A stretch of DNA of 64,000 nucleotides from the human T2T-CHM13v2.0 reference genome, Homo sapiens. Location: NCBI RefSeq assembly GCF_009914755.1, contig NC_060938.1; one strand, written 5' to 3'. Under the pieces are notes generated by a model. The model was given only the letters and a program-made list of their open reading frames with translations, was not told where the DNA came from and ran no database searches. Below are positions 28,758 to 43,500 of this stretch, one piece after another; the stretch's first letter is position 1, and each line of letters opens with the position of its first letter. Both the position numbers and the translations under genes were made by a program.

Positions 28758-30167
28758 TGAAAAGGTCTAAAACTATGCTGTGTTTTGGTCAGAAAAATAG
28801 ACAGTTGGATCAACTAAAAAGTAAAATGTTAAACTTCATGATAGGTGACTATGACATGAATGACCTATCATGAAAAGAAAAAGAGACTTCTTATACATTC
28901 AGTGACTGCCCTCATTAGTGCTAAAACCACCTAACACTGAAAATGGAAAGGTGGCTAATTTGTGCTATAAGAATATACAAAGGAAACACAGGATTCTTGA
29001 GACCAAGTCAGGAGCCTTGGTCCAAAAGCAACAGATGGTGAAGGCAACAGTGTGCCTAGTGACCTAAACTTTACTATGAATGAAGGTTGATTTACGAATT
29101 TTAAAAGGTTCCTTCACCTGATCCAGCATTAGTAGGTCATATTTCCCCTTGAGCTAAAGAAAGGACCAAAGGATAATAACCTTGAACAGGATGTCAACAC
29201 ACATGAAACCAGCCCATATTATAATACCGTTTCTGCCTTTATATCCAAAAGGGCACAGGTCTCATTACCATTCTTCACTGTTTCTTTGGTTTTAGGATTT
29301 CAGATTAACTAATGGTTAATATTCCTGCAGTAATGACAGTGTAAGCTAGAGTGGTTTTTTGTGGCAGAATTAAAGAGTTTCAGAAATTAATTTGGTCCTG
29401 TATTTTACAGAGTCATTAAGTATGGGAAGGATTAACTGTAATAATGAGTAAAAGTTTATTGTACTTTAGGGGAAATTTATGTCTATGGTTATCATGACAT
29501 AGAATATTCAAAAAGCTCTTGCAAATGGCAAGAGTGGTCCCAATGTCTTCTTTCGAATACAGAGAAGACAATATGCTGAGGCTTTGAAGACATCTCTTTC
29601 CTTGTCTTTTCCACCATAAGATGTGAGACTACTGAGGAGATCGTCTTTTTGTTGTTGTTAAGTTTCTTCCAGACTAAACTGTAATTCAATGAACTGTCAC
29701 CAAACATTAAGAGTAAGACATGACAATTCACCCATTCAAAAAAGTAATTCTTTTTTGGATTGTGTCACAATCTGGGATATACCTATGAAAAGCACAAATA
29801 GTTTTACAAGTTTCTTAGATTGCAGACAATATGTCTGGGACCTTAAAAAAAAAATCAAACATCTAAGATAGTAAATCAATTACCGTGTTTTAACTAATTT
29901 ACCCAGTCTTAGCATTGGAGGCAGGAATACATATGCATAACACGCCTGAGTAAGAGCTGAGAAAACAGAGCCCCCAAAAGCTCTCTACGTAACAACGGGA
30001 AATAGCACACGTGTGTACTTGCAGAAACTTTGAGTTGTCAAAGCAGGACAGACAGACTTGCAAATTTGTGTCAGAAATTCTGAAGTAGGGGGGAAAAACT
30101 CTTAGAATATCTCTAGGCCTTCTCTCTCTGCTGCACAGTTTGTTTGCTCTTCAAAAAGTCAACCTGA

Positions 30168-30605
<438 letters not shown>

Positions 30606-31388
30606 CTAAGGATATTCTGACTCAATGGAAGGGTGACTTTGGGGTTCAACATGTACAAATTTCCTTGCTCTATTCTTTTGAGAAATTTTGGCCTTCAGAG
30701 AAGGCAGCACAAGGAAGGAACGAGCTGGAAAATTACCAGTATGTATTATACAAGTTAATACAATACAGATGGCTCTAATGCTGGAAACAGAGATGCAGTG
30801 ATGCCCCTGATCCATCCTGGCACATAAGTGTGATTGGAAAACATGGCCTTCTCAGTGCAAGAGAACAGAATTGGCCTTTACCCAAGCTTTCTCTCAGCTG
30901 TTACTCTTCCTTACAGTACTGTGAACGAAATAGCTATTACAGTTTGGTTTTGTCCTTCTAACTAAAGAAACACATTTGTAGTTAATGTGATGACAGACAT
31001 ACAAAGTTCCCAGGGTACATACCACTAAAAATGAGATATATACTCTGTGAGCTAATCACATCCAACTAATGCTAATGTGAAAATAATTCTGTGCTTTGTT
31101 GGAGGCTCTAGAGGGCAGGATCATAAAGAAGCTCTAATAGAGAAATAAGAACTGCTGGCTGTACCTGCAACGTGGGGTTGGGGGACACTAAAGCATCACA
31201 CTGACACTATTTTATTCTTTTGGCATTCTAATTATCAAGAATAAGAAACATAAAAAACATTCTCTAACTTTCCATTAGTGTACTCTAATTTGATTTCTTG
31301 GTGAATAAAGCCCTTCAAGGAATTCCCATGCTAATCAGCTAATGAGTTAATGGAGTTTTCTTTTATAACAAATGGTATTTCAAAGTAC

Positions 31389-31490
31389 CTGTAAGTGTGG
31401 CCACGATGCCTCAAGGGTAGGTTCATCTTCTTCTGGATCAAATTCATTGCTGTCACTAGGAGGGAGAGTTCTGAATATATTGCAAGATAC
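31389..31490 (-). CDS. PPP2R5E: PPP2R5E coding exon (exon 4; 102 nt; [34 protein letters not shown])
   Basis: B56 signature [18 protein letters not shown]; acceptor ttatttttag|GTA, donor CAG|gtactt; phase 0/0. Confidence 0.97.
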
Positions 31491-31840
31491 CTAAAAATAA
31501 ACAAGCAGCAGAGTTAACGGGAAGCACCTTCTGCACAGTTTTACACAAGGTCCTTGGAGCCAAGCTGAGGGGAACCCAGATAACAATGCACAAGGAACAT
31601 CACCAAACTAGAATAAGGACCTCTTTCTATAGGCTCTGAGGTGGGGACCACCTCCAGGCAAGCTGGAAAGTAGCAAAGCAGCACCATCCTACTCTCTTGA
31701 ACACTATTAATCGTCCTTATTTAACCCTTCCCTCCCTAGGTCCCCATGATTTCATACCTCCCATCAAAGCCTGCTCTTGGTTACTTACCAGTCAAGCATG
31801 TTTCTGATTAACCAACTGACATAAGAAATAAATAACTGCT

Positions 31841-32117
31841 GGCCGGGCGCAGTGGCTCACGCCTGTAATCCCAGCACTTTGGGAGGCCAAGGTGGGGGGA
31901 TCACGAGGTCAGGAGATCGAGACCATCCTGGCTAACACAGTGAAACCCCGTCGCTACTAAAAACACAAAAAATTAGCCGGGCGAGGTGGCAGGCACCTGT
32001 AGTCCCAGCTATGCGGGAGGCTGAGGCAGGAGAATGGCGTGAACCCCGGAGGACGGAGCCTGCAGTAAGCCGAGATCGCGGCACTGCACTCCAGCCTGGA
32101 TGAAAGAGCGAGACTCC

Positions 32118-32155
<38 letters not shown>
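31841..32155 (+). mobile_element. AluY-lineage element
   Basis: gagatcgagaccatcctggctaacac, gaatggcgtgaaccc. Confidence 0.92.
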
Positions 32156-32157
<2 letters not shown>

Positions 32158-32496
32158 GGTAATGGGCTTCATGTGCTTCCCTTATCAGGCTTATTCACTA
32201 TTTGCAAACTTATGGTTGAAATAACAGTGAAATTTCAGGCTTTTCTAATAACCTTAAAAATATTCCTTATCTGTCCTCAACAAGTTGGTTTACAAAATAG
32301 TAATGATACCCAGAGTAAAATCCTATCTGTGATATAAACCTCTATAAACTAGGCATTCCTTAACTATAGGCAAGATCCAAATTAAACAATGGTTGTTCAA
32401 AACATGGCCATGAGTTGATAACTGTTGAAACTGGGTGATGAAGAGATAAGGATTCATTATACTATCTATTACTTCTGTATATGTTACAATATTTCC

Positions 32497-32792
32497 TTTT
32501 GTTTTTTTGAGACGGAGTCTCGCTCTGTCACCCACGCTGGAGTGCAGTGACGCAATCTTGGCTCACTGCAACCTCCTGCCTCCCAGGTTCAAGTGACTCT
32601 CCTGCCTCAGCCTCCCAAGCAGCTGGGATTACAGGCGCATGCCACCACACCCGGCTAATTTTTGTATTTTTAAGTAGAAACCAGGTTTCACCATGTTGGT
32701 CAGGCTAGTCTCGAACTCCTGACCTCAAGTGACCTGCCCACTTCAGCCTCCCAAAGTGCAGGGATTACAGGCGTGAGACACCACACCTGGCC
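32497..32792 (-). mobile_element. AluS inserted in an old L1 3' end (about 32390-32825)
   Basis: Antisense dimer; TSD ttacaa(t/g)atttc. Confidence 0.9.
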
Positions 32793-33114
32793 TATTACAA
32801 GATTTCTATAGTAAAATGTTTATGTTTTAAATGTTGTTGGTACTAGTCTCAGGATTCCTTTCTGGTTTCTGTTTCTTGCCCCACTCACCCACTCATCTTT
32901 CTCCTAATGACCCAAACATATCCTCCTAATGACCCAAACATAAGACAGGGAGGGACAGGAGAACATGCGTAAAAAGTGAGAAGGGAAAAAGAAAGGAGAT
33001 ATTGCATCAGAAGCCTTAGCTGGCCTTCCTATGTAATGCAGAAAATACTGAGCTACATAATATACTGCTCTGAAAGAGGAAAGAAGAAAGGCTTTGGGGT
33101 ATCCACATAATCTG

Positions 33115-34370
<1,256 letters not shown>

Positions 34371-36224
34371 TGGTCCTATGAAGTGTACACTATTACGATC
34401 CCTGATTTACCATTGAGGAAATAGAAGCATGGGTGTTATTAAGCTCTAAGGTTACAATTAGTAACCAGCAGAGTTATAACTGGACCCAGGCTGTCAGGAT
34501 CCCCAGTGTTCTTTCTAGAAGAAAAGGTAGACCAACTTTCTTATTCGTTAGCCTAGATGACAGAAAAAAATGATCATGTGAGAATATGCTTTTGCTATCG
34601 CTAATGACAGCACACACAGTTCTATTATTTTATTTTTGTCCCTTCCAGTGATTACTAGAAATTATTTTTATGAAGAAATAAATGACTTTTCAGATAACTA
34701 TCAACCTACGACTTCCCTTCAACCAGCCAGCTATAATGTAATTGACAGGGCAAAGGTTCTTTAATTACTCAACTTTGAATCTTCATTAAACTATACATGT
34801 AATTCAAAAACTGAGTCTTCATCCCAACTGAGTCATTTATACGTACTACACTTTTTAACAAGTGTTTTTCCTCTCCCAAGACATGAAAGTAAACCATGAA
34901 AGGGGGGAAAAGGGGGCTTCTCTATAGTAAAAAATCTGGGTAAAGAAACAGAAACTTCTCTTCCTTTGTACTCCTGGGCATATAAACTCTCTTACAGTGT
35001 CCACTGCACGCTGCAGCAACTATCTGTTTAGGTATTTGTCTCTCCCTACTAATAACTAATCAGGAATATACAACACATTTGTCTTCCCAGCATATACTAA
35101 GCATTTAATAAATATTCACAAAATAGAAGTTTGGATATATTAATAAAGCTGGGTATTGTGGTTTTGCTTTAAACAAACTTCAACATTTTCTTGGTGACTT
35201 GAATAAATTTAAGTTATTTCTAAGGATGTTTATCCCTATATTGTGTTCTAATCTTCTGACTTAGTCAAAACTTCATCTCTCAGTTACAGCAAAAGAAGGC
35301 CAAGTTGGGTAAATAATCCAAAAGGCAGGTAGTTCTATAAGTATATACATTTCATTTAGCTACACACTGTCATTTCTTCAGATTTATCTTCCTGTCATGC
35401 TTTATTTAGTTTACTTCTCAACATTCACCAAATGAGGAATGAGAAAGCACATGTCTGCTGGGTTGGACAATTCAGAGTTGACTGGATTGGTGAAGTAGTT
35501 CTCTACCACAATGGGAAAGAATGGCAAAGCATATCAAGTGTCATAGAAATGGCCAAACCTCTGACCCAGCCTGGAATATACTAGGTACTTAATAAAAATG
35601 TTATAAATGAGCCATTACTCCCATCCTTGAGAATTTGCCCTGAGAAACTAATCCAAGACAAGAGTGAAAAAGCTACTTAAAGCTGTCACTTGCAACATTC
35701 TCCAAAAAATGTAAAACTGGAAATAACCTTTATGTCCGGCATCAGAGAGGTTTATCAACTCAGTGGAATATTGTGCAGCATTAAAGATGATGGCTATATG
35801 GGAGCACCAAAAAAAAAAAAGTTTATAAATAAAGATTTGGACGGAAAGGCAATTGAAAATTGTGTGATTATAAGGATAAGAATGTAAATGGTCCACTAAA
35901 TGGAAATTAAAAGCTGTATTAAAGCAAGAGGACTATGAATGATAAACACAGTCCTAAAGCATACGTTAAAGATATACACTGTGAGTTACACCTTCCATTG
36001 CAAGATGAAAATGGGTCTTGAACTTGTTTATATAAGACTACTGCTGTCAAGCGAGAGTTAAGAATCACAGCCTCCAGGAGTGCCAAAGGCTTATCAAAAA
36101 AAAAAAAAAAAAAAAAAAATCACAGCCTCCCACAATACCAGAGAGCTTGGCTCATGAATGAATGATTTAAGAATTAAATGAATGAACCAGTTTAACTGTA
36201 CAGTTGAGCTCCAAAATCATAAAT

Positions 36225-36415
36225 TTAAAATCAGGTCATCCATGGATGGGCTTCCATTGGGGCACGGGGGAGGAAGCGGGGAGGCGTGTCTCTAAATCCC
36301 CTGATTTATCTGCAACAGTTTGTATGTTAGTCCAATTTGGGAAAAGGCCAGTTGCCTTCATCAGATTTTCAAAAGACTTCCAAGATCTAAAAATGGTTAA
36401 AAACCAAGGTCCTAA
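36225..36415. mobile_element. MER103-like hAT element
   Basis: ccatggatgggcttc...ccttcatcagattttcaaaa...aaatggttaaaaacca. Confidence 0.6.
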
Positions 36416-36909
36416 ATAGTAAATTTGCTTCCATTAAATCTTCCTTTATCACTGGCAGTCACTTTTAATTTATAGTTTACGGTTAAATGGATTATTAAAT
36501 AGGGCACTTGCATGCTTATGCAAATGTATCACAGCCATGAGTAAGCACCAACATCACTCCCCACCATGCAACAGTTTTGTGAAGAGCCTATGCGGCTAGA
36601 TTAAAATGCATTCAGGTATTTCCAAAGTCACAAACGGTCTCTATTATATTAAAATATATGAGGTTCTAGCCCTACACCTCCTATTTTATTCATTCAAAAG
36701 TGGACTATCAAAAATGAACAAAAGGAAATTTTACAGTATATTAGATACATTTATTTTTCAAATATTGTATTTTAAACTACACTGGTGTCAGTGCAAAGTA
36801 AAAAAAAAAAGTTTAAGAAATAAATGCCTCTGAGGTAGTCTAATTCCTTTTCATACCAAAGATATTAGAATACACATCGGATGTTAGGATCAAACTAAAG
36901 GCTTGAAGG

Positions 36910-37040
36910 GGCTGGGAGCAGTGACTCATGCCTGGGAGGCTAAGGCAGGAGGATCACTTGAGGCCAGGAGTTTAAGACCAGCCCTGGTGACATAGCAAGA
37001 CCCCCATCTCTCTATTAAAAAAAGAAAGAAAGAAAAAAAG
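36910..37040 (+). mobile_element. FLAM Alu monomer
   Basis: ggaggatcacttgaggccaggagttt...catagcaagacccc. Confidence 0.8.
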
Positions 37041-37711
37041 GAGGCTTGAAGTCACTGGCCTGGCCTCCAAAAAGTGGCTATAAGGACAAAGCAAGGCTGA
37101 AGGGATGGGAGGAAAGGATGTCAAAACCTGGACAACCCCTCTTCAAAGACAGAAAACCTCCACTAACGAGCTTTTAGAATCAGATCAGGTTAGAAATTAT
37201 CTTATCCAGCCCCTTCATCTTAGGAAACTGTGGTGCAAAGAGCTTGCAAGTTTTTCAGGGTAACAAATTACCATGAAACACAGAGAAAGTTCCCAGGGTT
37301 CCTTCTGATACATCACTTCCACCCTGACCCCTGAAGACCGTGGATGGACCTGACTTCTTTATTTCTCTCTTTTTCCTCTCATCTTCCCTACTCCCATTTC
37401 TTTTTAACATTTTTACTACTCTCATTTTCTCATCTCTCCTTTCTCATCAGCTCCTTCCGAGTTTTTTTGCCTGCCAGTGCCACTCAAAGGATGACTTCGC
37501 TCAGCATTAACAAAGAACTATAACGATCTCTCATCCCCACTGCCGGTTCAGACCTCCAGCAGCAAACATCTTGATTACTGCACAGTTTCCTTTCCGGTAC
37601 TCTCTTCCTCACATCCCTTCTTTTTGTCTCCCCCAGTTAGATTTTGAAGCACTCAAGGACTCTATTCATCTCAGAATGTCTGGCACCTAATATACAATAA
37701 ATGAAAATAAC

Positions 37712-37902
37712 TAGAGGTGCCAAATAGAACTCAGGACACTGGTGAAATCTGACTTTCAGATAAACGACAAATAATTTTTCAGTATAAGTTCGTCCCATGC
37801 AATATTTGGGACTGTCTTATACTAAAAAATTATTCACTATTTATCTGAAATTCAAATTTAATTAGATGCCTTGTATTTTTATTTACTAAATCTGACAACC
37901 CT
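37712..37902. mobile_element. MER53 palindromic hAT MITE
   Basis: Long internal inverted repeat centred on gtcccatgcaatatttgggac; 8-bp TSD AAAATAAC (37704-37711 and 37903-37910). Confidence 0.88.
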
Positions 37903-39050
37903 AAAATAACACTAATATTAAGAACCTCTACTGAAGGGGCAAGGTCAAGGACCTCATAACTGCTTGCTTTCAGGGCCCGGCTGCTCTATTATTTTTCAGT
38001 ACATTAGTTTACTGCTGACTATTGTTAAGTATGGTGCTGCAACAAAAACAAAAAAAGTCAAATTCTTGGCCAAATGTGAAAGAAGAGACTACAAAGTTTC
38101 CAAGTTCATGACCTCATAAACAAAAGAGGAAGAAGCATTTAGGCATATTTTTATCAGTTTTTTATTAAACTTACTACTTTTTGACTTGCAAGAGCAAAAT
38201 ACAACTGTTATATTTCTAAATAGTTATTTAAATTACTGCAGAAAAAAAATCACCATTCCTAATCCATTTCCATAGAAATTACTAATTTTACACTATGATT
38301 TTGATTGGCATTTTGTTGTTAAGGAAAATATTATAATAGAACAGAGTGTGGCTAGCACCTAATAGCTACTCATTAAATATCTGCCAATATTAACAAAAAA
38401 ATACACACGAAAGATAAGGACAATACAATGAGTGCTTTTTTAAAATTCATGAATACTTTGAATTTCCTGTAGTTATATTTTTGTTAAGATTTGAGGCTCT
38501 GGTACACTGGGCATGTAATGTGATCAGGGGACCACTTGTACCACAGTATAACAAGTCAATTTAAATCATCTTTGTGATTTAGAATGTATTTTCTAGATGG
38601 TTGAGTATCATCTTTCTTGAATAAAAGCAGATGAACTAGCTGACCTCAAAGATATTTTCCCCCTTTCATCTGTGAAACTGTAAGTTCATACAATTATACA
38701 ATATTGCAAGCATATCAACTATAAATACAAAAAGAATGTTATCATGGCTATAAAGTGAATTTTAAGATTACATCTAAAAGGTAAATTTTCTAACCAAAAA
38801 GACTATATGAATGATGATAAACAGAAAACATTCCAGGAAATTTAAAGTTGCCACTATTTCTCCAGCACTATTCACATTAAGACCTCATCATGCAAGTAAC
38901 AATTTCAATGGTATCCCTGAGTTTTCTCATCCAGTTTATGTATTCATTCATTCAATAATTCATTATGCATTAGAAAGAAACCAAAATGATTTAATCATTT
39001 ACAACCAGGAGGGGCTAGTAAATGCAATGCTGTCACTTAGGTCATCATGG

Positions 39051-39404
<354 letters not shown>

Positions 39405-39572
39405 TAGCACAAAAGATGAATCTAAGTAGATACGGTGAAATTGAACCTTGAAAGAAAATAGGCAAATCATCAATATTTACCATGAATGTCATTTTTTAAA
39501 AAACAATTAAATCTGAAACAAAAATATGAATATAAGCAAGACTTACTTTAAATCTCTAAATCAGACATTTAA

Positions 39573-39828
<256 letters not shown>

Positions 39829-40383
39829 ATTCAACTGTAAGAATAAGAACTAAAATTCTAACCAAATTTTCTAACATAAAAATAATAAATAATAACATAT
39901 ATAACGTCAAGTTACTTTTGGTAACACCAAATTTAAGAGTTGTTAATGGTCTCAATAATAAAGAACCTCTCAAATCTGACATTTTTAAATGTCAGCTCCT
40001 TTAAATTAATTATAGATAATTATTGATAAATAAACATAGAAAGATCTCAAAGCATTTGTAATTATGCCTGAGGGACTTAGAATCAGAGCAGACAAATATC
40101 TTTTAAGCCGATACTTTAATTAGGAAACAAATGGCAAAATCTGTAAGCTTTCAATTACCGCTTAATTTAATTCACTGGTAATTTGTTCAATCAAATAATT
40201 TGTTTCTAAAGCCAAACTATGTATCTTAATTACCACAATAAATCTACTGTAGTTTCCACTTCAGACTAGGTATAAAGTCTTTTTTTAAACCTTGTCATCT
40301 ATATGAATTAACACAGCTACTTAAAAGTTATCTGAATTTAAGAAACCATTCAAATCTGTTATTATAGTATAAAGGCATGTCCT

Positions 40384-40683
<300 letters not shown>

Positions 40684-41199
40684 TTAACACCTAATTCTAA
40701 GGATCAGAAATTTAAATTTAAGTCAGTTTGACAATTTCCTAGAATAAGCCATCCACTGCAGGTCTAGCTTTATTGCCTAACACATTAAATATTTAACTGT
40801 ATTTGCTATGTAATGTCATCAATAATTATAATTTTCAGACATTATTATTCCAAACATGTTTATTTGAGTTACATATGATTCCTTGAGTCAAAACAATCTC
40901 CTCAATATCCTTGTTTATCACAAATGTAGATCTCAGTTGCATGATAAGAACTATCTGAAATACTGTAACAAGTAGGTATGATCAAGCCACTCCAGCAAGC
41001 CTGTCCATATCTTTATCATAAAACTGCATTTGCGGACAAAGCTCTATACTTTTGTGAAGACATTCACTGAACCAATGACAGGGTGCATTGTTTACATGTG
41101 ACTAAGAAACATGCACTTGTGACAGTTGTGAGGTTTGTTTTACAACATCTAGAAATCCGGAAGAGGATTTAAAAGGAGATTTCTAAAGCGAGTAATTAC

Positions 41200-41297
41200 T
41201 TTAGAAATAATTAGTAATTATTGTTACACATTTAGAAATAATTAGTAATTATTCAAATATACTTTAGGAATAATTAGTAATTATTGTTACACATTTA
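41200..41297. repeat. Three-copy 31-32 bp minisatellite with internal palindrome AATAATTAGTAATTATT
   Basis: Units start at 41200, 41231 and 41263. Confidence 0.9.
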
Positions 41298-42405
41298 ATG
41301 TCATACTTAAATCTGTATTAGCAGGGCTTTCTAGGACATAACAACTATTCTATTAAATATGATTCCTGAAATGAGGCAGAAAGAACATATTAAAATGATC
41401 AGAAGTTTAACAGGCAATTGAAGAAAGGGAATATCAAAAAAAAAAAAAAGCTTAAAACTTATAATACCCAATTAGAATTTTTAAATATAGCCAATATTCA
41501 AAAGGCAGTATTAAATTAATAGAAGTCTTGGCCATGTACTATTTTCATAACACACAAGGAAGACATCATTTTTATTTATATTTCCTGCATCAAGTATTTA
41601 TTTTTTACTCTACTGGGTATACACTACAGATTTACACAGACCAAAAAACAAACACTGTTTTCATTGTTATTGCTGCTTACTGCTGTTAGAAGCAGTCGGA
41701 GTATTTAGCTGATAATTGTTATGATGAATTGGTATAACTAGATTTAACATACGGTGATTGCTTCTACAAATAATTTGGTCCCCTTAGACACGGAGTCTCT
41801 AGAAGATCGGAGCACTGCCAACTGTATGAAAGAAAGGAATCTGTCCATGAGATATCAAGAATAGAGAAACAATAGAATTTGAATACAGATCAAATGTAAA
41901 TATAGGCATGGTTTGGAAGACTATGTCAACACTTCGTTAGAAGGGGACAACAGGGAAAAACTGAGTGAAAGAAAGGATTTTGTCTTTTGTTTCCACTCTC
42001 CTTGACCTGTGGCATGTTCATCAGAAGACAGAGGTGCCACAAAGACAGGAAAAGAGAAGAGACTGGGGGAAGGGGAGGGAAGAAAGAAAGAAAGATTCAA
42101 GGGAAAAAGAAAGACATTTGAGCTGGCCCCCTCTATGCAGTGATCACTAATGCCAAACTAGTATAATCAAGTTAATAGAAGCAGAATTTATAATAGCTGC
42201 AAACTAGAAACAACCTAAACGTTCATCAAACAGTAAAAAGGATAAGCAGTCATAACCAAACCCCCCAAACATATATAAGCTGTTTAATTCCTTTCATATA
42301 AAGTTCTAAATTAGACCAAACTAAGTCAAACTAAGTTTTCATTAAGTATTAATGTCAGGAGAGAGGACTCAAACCTAAAAAGTCTTAACCACAGCGCCAC
42401 ATACA

Positions 42406-42731
42406 GTTTTGTTTTTTGTTTTGTTTTGTTTTTTTTTTTTTTTTTTTTTTTGAGACAGGGTCTCACTGTGTCACCCAGGCTGGAGTGCAGTGGTGCGATT
42501 ACAGCTCACCACAGCCTCAACCTCCTGGACACAAGTGATCCTCCCACCTCAGCCCCGCAAGTAGCTGGGACTACAGGCATGTGCCACCACACCCTGCTAA
42601 TTTTTATATTTTTAGTAGAGATGGGATTTCACCATGTTGCTCAGGCTGATCTCAAACTCCTGAGCACAGGCAATCCACCTGCCTCGGCCTCCCATAGCAT
42701 TGGGACTACAGGAGTGAGCCACTGTCTACAG
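42406..42731 (-). mobile_element. AluJ
   Basis: gagacagggtctcactgtg...acagctcaccacagcctcaacctcctgg. Confidence 0.9.
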
Positions 42732-42739
42732 TCATATTT

Positions 42740-43500
42740 AAAATAGGGGCTCTGTGGGTACAACATGGCACCAGTTGACTAGTGGGCTTGCCTATAGTGA
42801 GACTGGCTGGGCTAATTCCTTACCACCTGTTCATGCCCCTCCCTCCAGAACTCCCTTTTAAGTTTTGTCTTTAGGTCTTTTCTCTTGGGCTTGCCTGATT
42901 CTGCAGAGAAGAATCATCTAATCTCCTGGCTAGAGTGCATAAGGTATCTGGGAACTGAGTGGGTTTAGTCTCAATTCAACATAGTGTCCTACTTTCAGAA
43001 AGGTGCGCGCTGCTCTCAGCTGTGCGTAATGTCCCCAAGTCCAGATTCCCTCTAGTTTAGCCTCTCCAGAGAGTAAAGCTTCAGTGTTCTGCTGGGATTT
43101 GAGAGAGCAGTTACATAGCTACCTGGTTTTGGGAGAATGGGAGAAAAGGAATTCTGGCTACTTCTTATACAGACTTTCCAGCGAATCTCCTGTTTCGCCC
43201 CCATGCACCCTTCCTTTGAGAGGTTATCTTTCTGAAGTTCCTCGGAGTTGTGCATGTGACTTGCCCTGTCTTGACTTTCCTTGCTGCTGCTTTGGGTTCA
43301 GCTTTCTCTGATGGACCAAGGTAGTAACCACTGTTCATTTGCTTTCTAGCTTCCAAAATGTTAATTTTGAGATCTCTCTATTTTGCTTTGTTCTTGTGGG
43401 TTTTATTTCCTTTCAGTAATAACTTTTTCATTTCAGTAATTGTGGGGAGATTTTAGGGAATAAAAGTAAACATATGCATGGGTTCAATATACCCTATTTA
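42740..43500 (-). mobile_element. HAL1/L1ME 5' region (antisense)
   Basis: tgtccccaagtccaga...agcctctccagagagtaaagcttcagtgttctgc; family call tentative. Confidence 0.45.

Noticed and set aside
41200-41297. Palindromic ~31-bp repeats resembling a CRISPR array
   Set aside because: No unique spacers, leader or cas genes; eukaryotic intron; it is a minisatellite.
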